Below, piece by piece: positions 1 to 10,419 of a stretch of 64,000 nt of DNA (position 1 is the first letter of the stretch; every line of letters starts with the position of its first letter). A program made the position numbers and the translations under genes. The notes under the pieces were generated by a model. It was given only the letters and a program-made list of their open reading frames with translations, made no database searches and was not told where the DNA came from. This DNA comes from an uncultured Chloroflexia bacterium (GTDB taxonomy: Bacteria; Chloroflexota; Limnocylindria; Limnocylindrales; CSP1-4): NCBI GenBank assembly GCA_963742075.1, contig CAVUKR010000006.1, forward strand, positions 138,727-202,726, read 5' to 3'.

Positions 1-76
1 CGTCGTCGACCTCGACGAGGTTCGCCGGATCGTGCGGCCGGAGCGGGGTCGGCGGCGCCGGCGCGGCGGCGGTCAC
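1..76 (-). CDS. Oligopeptide/dipeptide ABC transporter ATP-binding protein, second ATPase (OppF/DppF-like); only the N-terminal ~25 codons are in the window (partial)
   Basis: Reverse complement of 1..76 reads GTG-TAAAPAPPTPLRPHDPANLVEVDD, a typical OppF N-terminus (...LLEV.DL). The GTG overlaps the oppD stop codon (GTGA). Confidence 0.4.
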   Translation of the reverse strand, partial: MTAAAPAPPTPLRPHDPANLVEVDD

Positions 77-1182
77 GCGATCCAGCCTTCGGGCTCGGTC
101 GCCCAGCAGCGGGCCATATGGCCGGTCGGGCCACGGCTGGTCAACTCGGGCTCCTTTTCGCGACAGACGTCGCGGGCGTAGACGCAGCGCGGATTGAAGC
201 GGCAGGCGTCGGCCGGCCTGATGAGGAGCGGCGGCAGGCCCTCGATCGTCCGCAGGCGGTCGCCACGGATGTCGTCGATCCGGGGCAGCGAGTCGAGCAG
301 GCCCCAGGCGTACGGCATCCGGGGCTCCTCGAACAGCTCGTCGACCGTGCCGGTCTCGACGATCCGACCGGCGTACATGACGTTGACGCGGTCGCACATG
401 CCGGCGGCGATGCCGAGGTCGTGGGTGATCATCAGGACGGCCGTGCCGAATTCGCTCGACAGCGTCTGGATCAGCTCCAGGATCTGGGCCTGGATCGTGA
501 CGTCGAGTGCGGTCGTCGGCTCGTCGGCGAGGATCAGCTTCGGGTCGCACGAAAGCGCGATCGCGATCATCACGCGCTGGCGCATCCCGCCCGAGAACTG
601 GAACGGATAGTCCTTGAGCCGGTCCTTCGCCCGCGGGATGCCGACCTTGGAGAGGAGCTCGACCGTCCGATCCTGGGTCGCCTTCTCCGACAGCCCCATG
701 TGCTGGTGGATCGCCTCCCCGATCTGGTAGCCGATGGTCAGGGTCGGGTTCAGGCTGGTCAGCGGGTCCTGGAAGATGAAGCCGATCTCCTTGCCGCGGA
801 GCTTGCGCATGTCGTCCGGGTTCAGCTTCAGGACGTCGATGCCGTCGAACAGGATCGACCCCTTGACGATCTTGCCGGGCGGGTCCGGGACGAGGCGGGC
901 GATCGACAGCGCCGTCACGCTCTTGCCGCAGCCCGATTCCCCGACCAGGCCGAGCGTCTCGCCGTAGCCGACGTCGAAGCTCACGTCGTCGACCGCCTGG
1001 ACGACGCCGTCAGGTGTGAAGAAATGCGTCGACAGGCCGCGGACTTCCAGCAGGTGGTCGGCCTTGCGCCCGACCCCGGCCTTGACGACGGCCTCCGTGC
1101 GCGCGCGCAGGACGTCGTCAGCGGACAGTTCGACGATGGTCGGTGCGTCGGCGGCGGACATCTCCTCCTCGGCGCTGACCAC
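73..1182 (-). CDS. Oligopeptide/dipeptide ABC transporter ATP-binding protein (OppD/DppD family)
   Basis: 369-aa ORF with a Walker A motif (GESGCGKS), the ABC signature (LSGGMRQRV) and the C-terminal oligopeptide-transporter extension (CRFNPRCV). Confidence 0.85.
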   Translation of the reverse strand: MVSAEEEMSAADAPTIVELSADDVLRARTEAVVKAGVGRKADHLLEVRGLSTHFFTPDGVVQAVDDVSFDVGYGETLGLVGESGCGKSVTALSIARLVPDPPGKIVKGSILFDGIDVLKLNPDDMRKLRGKEIGFIFQDPLTSLNPTLTIGYQIGEAIHQHMGLSEKATQDRTVELLSKVGIPRAKDRLKDYPFQFSGGMRQRVMIAIALSCDPKLILADEPTTALDVTIQAQILELIQTLSSEFGTAVLMITHDLGIAAGMCDRVNVMYAGRIVETGTVDELFEEPRMPYAWGLLDSLPRIDDIRGDRLRTIEGLPPLLIRPADACRFNPRCVYARDVCREKEPELTSRGPTGHMARCWATEPEGWIA

Positions 1183-2121
1183 CTATTGCTTCCCCTTCAG
1201 CTTCGGATCGAGGGCGTCGCGAAGACCGTCGCCGACGAACGTGAAGCTGATGAGCGCCACCGCGATGCAGACGGCCGGGAAGAATGTCAGCCACGGACTC
1301 GACCGGATGACCGCCTGTCCATCGTTGATGAGGCTGCCCCAGGACGCCCGGGGCGCCTGGACGCCGATCCCGATGTAGGCGAGTGTCGCCTCGGCCAGGA
1401 TCGCCGCCGGGATCCCCAGCGTGATCGCCACGATGATCGGACCGATGCCGTTCGGCAGCAGGTGCTTCGTGACGATCTTGCGGTCGGAGACCCCGATGGC
1501 CCGGGCCGCCTCCACGAACTCGGTCTCCTTGAGCGCCAGCATCTGGCCGCGGACCAGCCGTCCGACGGTGACCCACGTCGTGAGGCCGATCGCCACGAAG
1601 ACGAGCAGGAGCCCGTCCATCGCCTGGCCGAACGGCGTCTGCTTGAACACCACGGTCAGCAGGATGATGAACAGGAGGTCCGGGAACGCGTACATGACGT
1701 CGGTGAAGCGCATCAGGATGTTGTCGGTCCGGCCGCCGAACCAGCCCGCGATGGCCCCGATCGGCACGCCGATGCAGATGACCACGATCTGGACGACGAT
1801 CGCCACCGACATGCTGATCCGGGCGCCGTCCATCAGCCGGCTGAGCAGGTCACGGCCGATCTGGTCGGTCCCGAGGATGTGGCCGCCGGACAGCGGCGGC
1901 AGCGGCTGGCCCTTGTTCGCCACGACCGCGGTGAGGTCCTGATCCTGGTAGTTGTACGGCGCCAGGATCGAACCGAAGACCGCGATGAACGCCACGAAGC
2001 CGACAAGGACCAGTCCGACCATCGCCAGCTTGTTCTTCCGGAGCCGCCCGAAGGCGTCCCGCCACAGGCTCGCCGCCGGCTTGGGCTTGGCGATGCCGCC
2101 TCGCAGGGTTTCGGTGGCCAT
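1183..2121 (-). CDS. ABC transporter permease (DppC/OppC-like)
   Basis: 312-aa multi-TM ORF with the binding-protein-dependent transport permease signature, immediately upstream of the ATPase. Confidence 0.85.
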   Translation of the reverse strand: MATETLRGGIAKPKPAASLWRDAFGRLRKNKLAMVGLVLVGFVAFIAVFGSILAPYNYQDQDLTAVVANKGQPLPPLSGGHILGTDQIGRDLLSRLMDGARISMSVAIVVQIVVICIGVPIGAIAGWFGGRTDNILMRFTDVMYAFPDLLFIILLTVVFKQTPFGQAMDGLLLVFVAIGLTTWVTVGRLVRGQMLALKETEFVEAARAIGVSDRKIVTKHLLPNGIGPIIVAITLGIPAAILAEATLAYIGIGVQAPRASWGSLINDGQAVIRSSPWLTFFPAVCIAVALISFTFVGDGLRDALDPKLKGKQ

Positions 2122-2131
2122 CGACGGACTC

Positions 2132-3049
2132 CTAGCTGAACCGAATGCGCGGGTCGATGAAGGCGTAGAGCACGTCGACGATGACGTTGAGGAAGGCGAC
2201 GACGAACGCGTACAGGACCGTCATGGCCATCAGCACGCCGTAGTCATGCTGACCGATCGAGGTGATGTAGTACCGCCCGATGCCGGGGATCCCGAAGATC
2301 GACTCGATGATGAACGAGCCGGTGACGAGGAACGCGAGCGTCGGGCCGAGGATCGTCACGACGGGGATCAGGGCGTTGCGGATCATGTGCCGGGTCACGA
2401 CCGCGCGCTCGGCCACGCCCTTGCTCTGGGCGGTCCGGATGTAGTCCTTGCGGGTGACCTCCAGCATCGACGCGCGGGTGTAGCGCGTGATGATCGCGAT
2501 CGGGAAGCTTGCCAGCGCGATGGTCGGCAGGATCCAGGTATCGGGACCCTTCCAGCCACCCGTGGGCAGCAGCCTCAACGTGACCCCGAATAAGAGGATC
2601 AGGAGGATGGCCAGGACGAAGCTGGGCGTGGCGATCCCGAGGACCGAGATGCCCGTGGCGGTGTAGTCCGGCCACCGATTGTGGCCGAGCGCCGCGATGA
2701 CCCCGAGCGGGATGCCGACCGCGACCGACAGGAAGAACGCCATCAGGCCGAGCTGGACGGTGGTCATGATGCCGCCGCCGACGATGTCGTTGACCGTCCG
2801 GTCCTGGAACTTGTACGACGGCCCGAGGTTGCCCTGCAGGAGGTTCCCGACCCAGGTCGCGTACTGGACGTAGACCGGCTGGTCGAGCCCGTATTTCTCG
2901 TTGAGTCGGGCGACCATCGAGGCCGGGACGGCCTTCTCGCGCGCCCATGGACCACCGGGCACGGCGTGCATGAGCGAGAAGGTGATCAGCGAGACCACGA
3001 AGAGGACCGGGATGATCCACAAGAAGCGTCGCGCGATATACCTGATCAT
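2132..3049 (-). CDS. ABC transporter permease (DppB/OppB-like)
   Basis: 305-aa ORF beginning MIRYIARRFLWIIPVLFVVSLITF, a typical OppB/DppB N-terminus. Confidence 0.85.
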   Translation of the reverse strand: MIRYIARRFLWIIPVLFVVSLITFSLMHAVPGGPWAREKAVPASMVARLNEKYGLDQPVYVQYATWVGNLLQGNLGPSYKFQDRTVNDIVGGGIMTTVQLGLMAFFLSVAVGIPLGVIAALGHNRWPDYTATGISVLGIATPSFVLAILLILLFGVTLRLLPTGGWKGPDTWILPTIALASFPIAIITRYTRASMLEVTRKDYIRTAQSKGVAERAVVTRHMIRNALIPVVTILGPTLAFLVTGSFIIESIFGIPGIGRYYITSIGQHDYGVLMAMTVLYAFVVAFLNVIVDVLYAFIDPRIRFS

Positions 3050-3194
3050 CCGATTCCTCTGGTTCGGTCCCGACTACGGCTGTTGCGAGTCATCCCGGGC
3101 CCCTGGGCGCATCGTAACGCGCCCACGGGCTCGGGGGATCGTGCGGGAGTCGGACGGAGCCGACTCCCGCGTCTGGCGATGACCTTGCGGTCGT

Positions 3195-4961
3195 CTAGTG
3201 CTGCGCGATGGAGATGTTCTCGTAGAAGTAGTCGCCGATGACGACGGAGTCCTGGGCAGTGCCCTGGACGCCCTGGACGTACGGCTCGACTTCGTAGTTG
3301 CTGACGCGCCAGCGGGTGAAGACCGCGGGGGCATCCTGGACCAGGAGCTGCTGCGCCTGGTTGTACAGGGCGATCGACTTCGTGAGATCCGGCTCGGCGC
3401 CGGCCTGCGCGACGAGATCGTCAAAGGCCTTGCTCTTGTAGAGCTCGTCGTTGTTGCCACTCTGGCTCTGGAACAGCGCGCGGAGCCAGTTGTCCGGGTG
3501 CGGGTAGTCCGCGCCCCAGGCGTTCCGGGCGATCGAGAACTTGCCGGCCGGGCGATCGACCAGGAACTGGTCGAAGGTCTCGCCGACGAGGGTGCTCTGG
3601 ACGCCCAGGTGGGTCCGCCACTGGTTCTGCATGTAGGCCGACGGAAGCTCGTGGCCGGCGTTGGTGTTGAACCCGAACGTCAGCGGCGGGAGGTCGGCGG
3701 CGCTGACCTTGCCGTCCTTGTTGGTGTCGGTGGTGCCGAGCTCCGTGAGCGCCTGAGCGAGCTCTGTCTGCGCACCGGCGACGTCGTACTTGAGGCCGAT
3801 GCCATCCTGGTGTCCGGGCATGCCCGGCGGGATCAGGCTGTCGGCGACTTCGCCCTGGCCGCCGTAGACGGTGGTCAGCATGGTGTCCTTGTCGATGGCC
3901 ATCGACAGGGCGCGGCGGAGGTGGACGTTGGCGGTCGGGCCGACAGCGGTGTTGAAGCCCCAGTAGTCGGTCGACGAGGACCGGCTGGGTGTGGACCATC
4001 GGGCCAAGCGTTGCGTCGGCCTTGATGCGCGGCACGTCCGGCGGGCTGGCCGCCAGCATGTCGAGCTGGCCGGCCTCGAAGGTGGCCTGGTCGGCGGTGG
4101 GATCGCCACCGATCTTGAAGTCGATCTCGGTGAGGGTCGGCTTCTGCCCGTACCAGTTGGGGTTCGGGACGAGGACGATCTCGGCCTGGTGGGTCCAGGT
4201 CTTCATCATGAAGGGCCCGGTGCTGACGAAGTTGGCGCCTTCGGTGAAGTTCGGGGTCTCGACCCACTTCTTCTCGAGCGGCCCGGCGCCCCACAGCCCG
4301 ACGATGTCGAGGAAGTAGCCGGCCGGATGCGCGAGGGTGATGACGAACGTCTTGTCGTCGGGGGCCGAGACGCCGTACTTGGCGATGCGCGGCGTCGATC
4401 TCGGCGTCCGTCGCGGCCGGCTTCTTGCCGGTCAGCGCGAGGATCTCGGCGCCGCCCTTGACGTCGGAGTAGAAGGCCTGGTAGGTCGACGCGGTCCGCG
4501 GGTCGATGATCCGCTTCCACGCGTAGACGAGGTCACCGGCGACGATCGGGTCGCCGTTGCTGTACTTCGCGCCGTCGCGGAGGGTGAACGTGTAGGTCAG
4601 GCCGTCGGCCGAGATGGTCGGCAGCGCCGTCGGCGAGCGACGGGACCGGGTTCAGGTCCTTGTCGAAGTAGATCAGGCCCCGGTTGAGTGCGTGCAGCAC
4701 GCCGATATCGGTGCTGGTCGACGCCTTGCTCGGGTCGAGGGTGTCCGGGTCCTCGGCCCCGAGGGACACATGAAGGACCTGGTCGGCGGCGAGCGCGCCA
4801 CCCGACGGAGCCGAAGACGGCGCGGTCGAGGACGTTCCCGTGGACGCTGCCGGCTGCGATGCGGCCGGCTGCGACGCGGGCGCCGACGAGGTGGAGGCAC
4901 CGCCGCACGCCGCCGCGATGACGGCGATGCTGGCCACGATGCCAAAGAGACGTTTCTGCAT
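3195..4961 (-). pseudogene. Family-5 solute-binding protein of the peptide ABC importer (lipoprotein), disrupted by three frameshifts
   Basis: N-terminal lipoprotein signal (MQKRLFGIVASIAVIAAACGG) at 4961. SBP_bac_5-like sequence continues across three reading frames. Manual translation locates shifts at about 4620 (LADGA|TISADGLTYTFTLRDGAKY), about 4385 (IDAAHR|KYGVSAPDDKTFVITL) and about 3968 (QPVLVDR|TDYWGFNTAVGP). The C-terminal 258 aa are intact in ORF 3195..4109. Confidence 0.75.
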
Positions 4962-5201
4962 GGGTTCTCCTCCGAACGGGCTGCTACCCGATGATTCCCG
5001 CTACCGCGGCCCGACCGCACATCTCAACGCCACATCTCATGCTCGCTGGGTCCGGATCGAGCCTCCCGCTCGTTTCGGCCGATGGGCGAGCAGCAGCGCC
5101 AGCACGGATCGGGTCGGTGCGCTGTCGGTACTATCTACAGCGATTCGCGGGCTGTCAACTCACAGCCTAACAAACGTTCGGTCGGGTGCTCGGATGGTCC
5201 G

Positions 5202-6702
5202 TCAATCGGGGCACGGGGTCTCCGCGCCCGTCATCGCCCGCCAGCGCAGATTCGGGTGGCGAGCGGCCGTCGCTTCGTCGAGCCGTCGGACGGGCGCGCT
5301 GTGCGGGGCGCTCGTCACGAGCTCGGGCGTGGCGTCGGCCTCTGCGGCGATCGCGATCAGGGCGTCGGCGAAGGCGTCGAGCGTCTCGACCGACTCGGTC
5401 TCGGTCGGTTCGATCAGCATCCCCTCCTCGACGGTCAGCGGGAAGTAGATCGTCGGCGGGTGATAGCCATAGTCGATCAGCCGCTTGGCGATGTCGAGGG
5501 TCCGGACACCGGTCCGTCGCTTGATCGTCGCCGCCGAGGCGACGAACTCGTGCTTGCAGGCGCGGTCGTACGGGATGTCGTATGTCCCGGCCAGCCGGTG
5601 CTTCAGGTAGTTGGCGGCGAGGACCGCATCGTCGCTGACCTCGCGGAGGCCAGGCCCGCCGTGCGCCCGGATATAGGCATACGCGCGCACGAGGACGCCG
5701 GTGTTGCCGACGAAGCTCCGCAGCCGACCGATCGAGCTGGGCCGCTCCCCTTCCCGCTCGAGCCGGAAGGATCCGTCATCGTCGCGCAGTACCCGCGGCG
5801 ACGGCAGGTACGGGATGAGGGTCTCCCCCACCCCGACCGGGCCGGCACCCGGGCCGCCGCCGCCGTGCGGCGTCGAGAACGTCTTGTGGACGTTGAAGTG
5901 CATCACGTCGAAGCCGGCCTCGCCCGGCTTGAACCGGCCGAGGATCGCGTTGAGGTTCGCGCCGTCCATGTAGGCCAGGGCGCCGGCCGCGTGGACCGCG
6001 TCGAGGAGGTCGCCGATGCGTGCCTCGAACAGACCCAGCGTGGATGGGTTGGTGATCATGACGGCGGCTGTCCGCGACCCGAGCGCGGCCCGGAAGGCCT
6101 CGAGGTCGACGCCCCCGTCGGGGGCCGACGGGACGGTGATCGTCCGATAGCCGGCCATCGAGGCGGTCGCGGGGTTGGTCCCGTGGCTCGAATCCGGGAC
6201 GAGGACCTCGTCGCGTTCGGCGTCCCCGCGGGCGCGGTGATGGGCGCGGATCATCAGGATCCCGGTGAGCTCCCCCTGGGCGCCGGCGGCCGGCTGGAGC
6301 GTAGACCGCGCGCATCCCGGAGATCTCGGCCAGGGCTCGCTCGAGCTCCCAGAGGAGCTGGAGGGTCCCCTGGGCGATCTCGTCGGGGGCCATCGGGTGG
6401 AGGTTGGCGAAGCCGGGCAGTCGGGCGGCCCACTCGTTGAGCTTCGGATTGAACTTCATCGTGCACGAGCCGAGCGGGTAGAACCCGGTGTCGACCGCGT
6501 AGTTCAGCTGCGAGAGGTTGACGTAGTGGCGCACGACGTCCGGCTCGTTCATCTCGGGCAGCGCGGGGGCCGTCGTCCGGCGGGCCGCGGCGGGGATCCG
6601 GTCGAGGGCATCCTTGGGCGGGTGCGGGATCTTGCCACCGCCGCGGCCCGGACGGCCGCGCTCGAAGATGGTCGGCTGCAGGCGCTCGCCGGTGATGCTC
6701 AT
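5202..6702 (-). pseudogene. gcvPB: Glycine dehydrogenase (decarboxylating) subunit 2 (GcvPB), with one frameshift
   Basis: N-terminus MSITGERLQPTIFERGRPGRGG...[11 protein letters not shown] is in the frame of ORF 5776..8103. It shifts near 6270 ([12 protein letters not shown]), and the remainder is in ORF 5202..6254. The ATG overlaps the gcvPA stop (ATGA). Confidence 0.8.
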
Positions 6703-8103
6703 CCGACGACCGAGCCGGCCCGCGAGGGCGGTGCGATGTCGGCGTGGGTCAACACCGCGGAGAGCGCCCCGGCGAACTGGACGATCTCGGCCGAGGTCGT
6801 GACCTCCGTCGCGCACACGAGCAGGCCGTCGGCGAGCGAGGGGTCGTCGGGCTCCGCGTCGGCGAGGACCAGCCCGGCCAGGACGCCGGCCTCGAGCAGT
6901 CGCCGGTGGACCGTGCGGGCATCGGGGACCCGGACCACGAACTCGTTCAGGTATGCGCCCGGATGCAGGCGTTCGGCTCCCGCCGCGGCCAGTGCGGCCT
7001 CGAGCTCGGCGGCACGCGCCGCCCCGAGCGCCGCGACGTCGCGCAGCCCGTGCGGTCCGATGGTCGCCAGATAGATCGAGGCGGCGAGCGCGAGGAGCGC
7101 CTGGTTGGTGCAGATGTTGCTGGCCGCCTTGTCGCGCCGGATGTCCTGCTCGCGCGCCCGCATCGTCATCACGAACGCGCGCCGGCCGTCGAGGTCGTTC
7201 GTCATCCCGACGAGGCGGCCGGGGATCTGGCGGACCAGGGCGTCGGTCGAGGCGAGGATCCCGAGATACGGGACCACCGTACTGCGGGGCGATCCCCAGC
7301 GGCTGTCCCTCGCCGGCCGCGATGTCGGCGCCGTACGCGCCGGGCGGTGCGAGGATCGCCAGGCTGACCGGCTCGACCACGGCGACGAACAGCGCGCCCG
7401 CGGCATGTGCGAGCCGACCGATGTCGGGCATCGGCTCGAGCAGCCCGAGGAAGTCCGGCTGCGCGGCGATGACGCCGGCGACCGGACGGCCCGGCTCGGC
7501 CAGCATCCGCTCGAGCGCCTCGAGGTCCGTGGTCCCGGCGCGCTCGCCGTCGGCGATGAGCGGGATCTCGTCGAGCTCGAGCCCGCCCTCGAAGTAGGTC
7601 CGGGTCGTCTGGCGGTAATGCGGATGGACGCCGCGCGAGATCAGGACGCGATCGCGCCGGGTCGCGCGACAGGCCATCAGCGCCGCCTCGGCGGTGGCCG
7701 CGGCCCCGTCGTAGTGCGACGCCGAGACGACATCGAGGTCGACCAGCTCGGCCAGCAGCGACTCGTACTCGTAGATGCTCTGGAGCGTCCCCTGGCTGAT
7801 CTCGGGCTGGTACGGCGTGTATGCCGTGTACCACTCGCCACGGAGCAGGAGCTGGTCCACCGCCGGGGGGCTCCAGTGGCGATAGACGCCCGCTCCGAGG
7901 AACGAGGCGAGGTCGGTCCGGTTGCGCCCGGCCAGGGCCGCCAGTCGCGCGGCCAGCTCGAGCTCCGGTTCAGGCTCGGGAAGGTCGAGGGGCGAGGCCC
8001 TGAGCGCTGCCGGGATGTCCTCGAACAGCTGGTCGATCGAGGTGAGGCCGAGCGCCCCGAGCATCGTCGCCCGGTCGTCGGCGGTGTGGGGACCGTACGG
8101 CAT
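6699..8103 (-). pseudogene. gcvPA: Glycine dehydrogenase (decarboxylating) subunit 1 (GcvPA), with one frameshift
   Basis: N-terminal 275 aa are intact (MPYGPHTADDRATMLGALGL...PQYGGP). The frame shifts at about 7272. The rest (VPYLGILASTDALVRQIPGRLVGMTND...) is in ORF 6699..7406. Confidence 0.8.
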
Positions 8104-8110
8104 CGACGGG

Positions 8111-8503
8111 TCAGCCGGCCGCGATCAGCGCGTCGTAGGCCTCCGGATCGAGGAGGGCGTCGACCTGGGCGGGATCGGCCAGGCGGATCCGGACCATCCA
8201 CCCGCCACCGAACGGGTCGCCGTTGACGAGCTCGGGGTTCGCGCCGAGGTCGGGGTTCGTCTCGGTGACCTCGCCGCTGACCGGCGCGAACAGGTCGCTC
8301 ACGGCCTTGACCGATTCGACGACCCCGAACGTCGCGAACTGCTCGAGCGACCGGCCGGGCTCCGGCAGCTCCACGAAGACGATGTCCCCGAGCTGGTCGG
8401 CCGCGTACGCGGTGATCCCGATGGTCGCCTCATCCCCGGCGAGGCGGACCCACTCGTGGTCCTTGGTGTAGCGCAGATCGGTCGGCACCATCGGATCAGG
8501 CAC
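8111..8503 (-). CDS. gcvH: Glycine cleavage system H protein
   Basis: 130 aa with the lipoyl-attachment region ([17 protein letters not shown]). Confidence 0.9.
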   Translation of the reverse strand: MPDPMVPTDLRYTKDHEWVRLAGDEATIGITAYAADQLGDIVFVELPEPGRSLEQFATFGVVESVKAVSDLFAPVSGEVTETNPDLGANPELVNGDPFGGGWMVRIRLADPAQVDALLDPEAYDALIAAG

Positions 8504-9611
8504 TCCTCCTGTAGAAGGGCAGGGCGACGACGCGCGCCGGGACCCGCGCGTCGCGGATCTCGACCTCGACTACGGTACCCGGCTCCGCATCACCCGGCGC
8601 GACGTACGCCATGGCGATCGGGACGCCGAGCGTCGGCGACTGCGTCCCGCTGGTCACGACGCCCGTCCGACGATCGCCTGCCCAGACCGGGTAGCCGTGC
8701 CGGGCGATCCCCCGTCCCTCCACGATCAGGCCGACCAGCCGGCGCGCGGGTCCGTCGCGGGCGACCTTCTCGAGCGCGGCCCGGCCGACGAAATCGCCGG
8801 GCTTGGCGAGTTTGACGACCCGACCGAGGCCGGCCTCGAACGGGTTCGTCTCGAGGTCCAGCTCGTTGCCGTAGAGCGGCATGCCTGCCTCGAGCCGGAG
8901 CGTGTCGCGAGCCCCGAGACCGATCGGCAGGCCCTCGTGCGCCGTGACGGCGTCGAGCAGCACGTCCCAGAGCTCGGGGGTGCGTGCCGTGTCGACGAAG
9001 ACCTCGAACCCGTCCTCGCCGGTGTAGCCGGTCCGGGCGACGAGGGCGTCGATGCCGATCACGGTCCCCTCGGCCGCGGCGTAGTAGCGAAGCCCGCCGA
9101 GGTCGACGTCGGTCAGCGGCGCGAGGACCTCGACGGCGCGAGGGCCCTGGACCGCCAGTAGCCCGGTCGCCAGCGAGCGATCGTCGAGCACCGCGGCGAA
9201 TCCCGTGAGCCGCTCGGCCAGGGCGTCCGAGACGATCGGCGCGTTCCCGGCGTTGGCGACCACGAGGAACCGGGTCTCGCCGAGCCGGTAGACGATGAGG
9301 TCGTCGATGATCCCGCCAGCGGGGATGCAGATCATCGAGTAGTGGGCTCGCCCGATGGCGAGGCTCGGCGGGTCGGACACCAGCGCCGCGGCGAGGGCGG
9401 CGCCGGCTTCCGGTCCTTCGACGTAGAGCTCGCCCATGTGTGAGAGGTCGAACAGTCCGACCCGTTCACGGACGGTCCGGTGCTCCTCGAGGATCGAGCC
9501 GTACTGGACCGGCATCAGCCAGCCGCTGAACTCGATGAGCCGCGCACCGAGCGCGCGGTGCGCGTCGATGACGGGTGTGAGGTGGATGTGAGGGTCGACC
9601 GTGTCGGTCAC
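8496..9611 (-). CDS. gcvT: Aminomethyltransferase (glycine cleavage T protein)
   Basis: 371 aa containing [11 protein letters not shown], characteristic of GcvT; first gene of the gcvTHP cluster. Confidence 0.9.
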   Translation of the reverse strand: MTDTVDPHIHLTPVIDAHRALGARLIEFSGWLMPVQYGSILEEHRTVRERVGLFDLSHMGELYVEGPEAGAALAAALVSDPPSLAIGRAHYSMICIPAGGIIDDLIVYRLGETRFLVVANAGNAPIVSDALAERLTGFAAVLDDRSLATGLLAVQGPRAVEVLAPLTDVDLGGLRYYAAAEGTVIGIDALVARTGYTGEDGFEVFVDTARTPELWDVLLDAVTAHEGLPIGLGARDTLRLEAGMPLYGNELDLETNPFEAGLGRVVKLAKPGDFVGRAALEKVARDGPARRLVGLIVEGRGIARHGYPVWAGDRRTGVVTSGTQSPTLGVPIAMAYVAPGDAEPGTVVEVEIRDARVPARVVALPFYRRSA

Positions 9612-10159
9612 GGCGCGGCCTCGGCGGTCTGCGAGGGACCGGCGGGGCCGCCTCCACCGGGCGCCGAGCGGCCCGCGAGGACGTCGCCGGCCCGGGCCAC
9701 GAGCGCCCGCTCGGTCTCGAACGTGAGCATCGTCGCCGCGCCGTCGAACGGGATCCAGCGCACCTCGTCGAACTCGTGGTCGTGCGACGCCAGGTCGCCG
9801 CCGACGGGCTCCATCAGGAAGTAGTGGACGGTCTTGTGGATGCGCGTCCCGGACTGCACGAACCAGTACTCGATTGAATCGAGCGGGCCCGTGATCCGGA
9901 CCTCGAGCCCGGTCTCCTCGCGAACCTCGCGCAACGCGGTCTCCTCGCGCGTCTCACCGGCATTGGGCGTGCCCTTGGGGAGCGTCCAGGTGCGGCCATC
10001 CCGCTCACGACGCCGGCTCCCCACGACGAGCCACGGCTGCTCCGACTCGTATCGGACGACGATCCCGCCGGCCGAGGTGGCGGTCGAGGTCCTCAGCCTG
10101 GCCACGGCGCCGACGAGGCGCTCGGGCGGGCGGTGCCGGCGCGCCCCGACCTGGCCCAC
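9608..10159 (-). CDS. NUDIX hydrolase
   Basis: Nudix box GETREETALREVREETG. The stop overlaps the gcvT start by 4 nt. The true start may be internal. Confidence 0.75.
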   Translation of the reverse strand: MGQVGARRHRPPERLVGAVARLRTSTATSAGGIVVRYESEQPWLVVGSRRRERDGRTWTLPKGTPNAGETREETALREVREETGLEVRITGPLDSIEYWFVQSGTRIHKTVHYFLMEPVGGDLASHDHEFDEVRWIPFDGAATMLTFETERALVARAGDVLAGRSAPGGGGPAGPSQTAEAAP

Positions 10160-10419
10160 TGCATGATCACGGCAGGACGCAGCCGACCGCTGGCGCGACG
10201 CCTCGGGCTGGCCGGCTGGATCGCGCGCCAGCCGGCCCGGACGCGGGCGAGGGGCGCGACCTCGGGGCCGTGCACGGGCGTGGACCGGACGCCTGGCGCG
10301 TGGAACGACCCCGACGGACGCAGGCCGAGCCGGCGCTCCCTGACCCGGGTCGAGGGACGCACGAAATGGGCCGCCGGCCGGGCCGCGTACTTGGCCGCGA
10401 TGCTGTGCTCCATGGGAGG

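Noticed and set aside
118-2139. 673-aa plus-strand ORF, and many other long ORFs in the track (e.g. 5082..6440, 11435..13771, 11662..14310, 14063..15352, 21382..22584, 27064..28278, 30595..32385, 50064..51575, 51857..53737, 56938..58158)
   Set aside because: They are antisense or alternative-frame reads across well-supported genes (dppD/C, gcvPB, acnA, the K+ channel, ftsQ/ddl, murD, ftsI, accA, pccB, plsC). They are Arg/Ala/Gly/Pro-rich low-complexity translations typical of about 70% GC DNA lacking stop codons, with no domain signatures.
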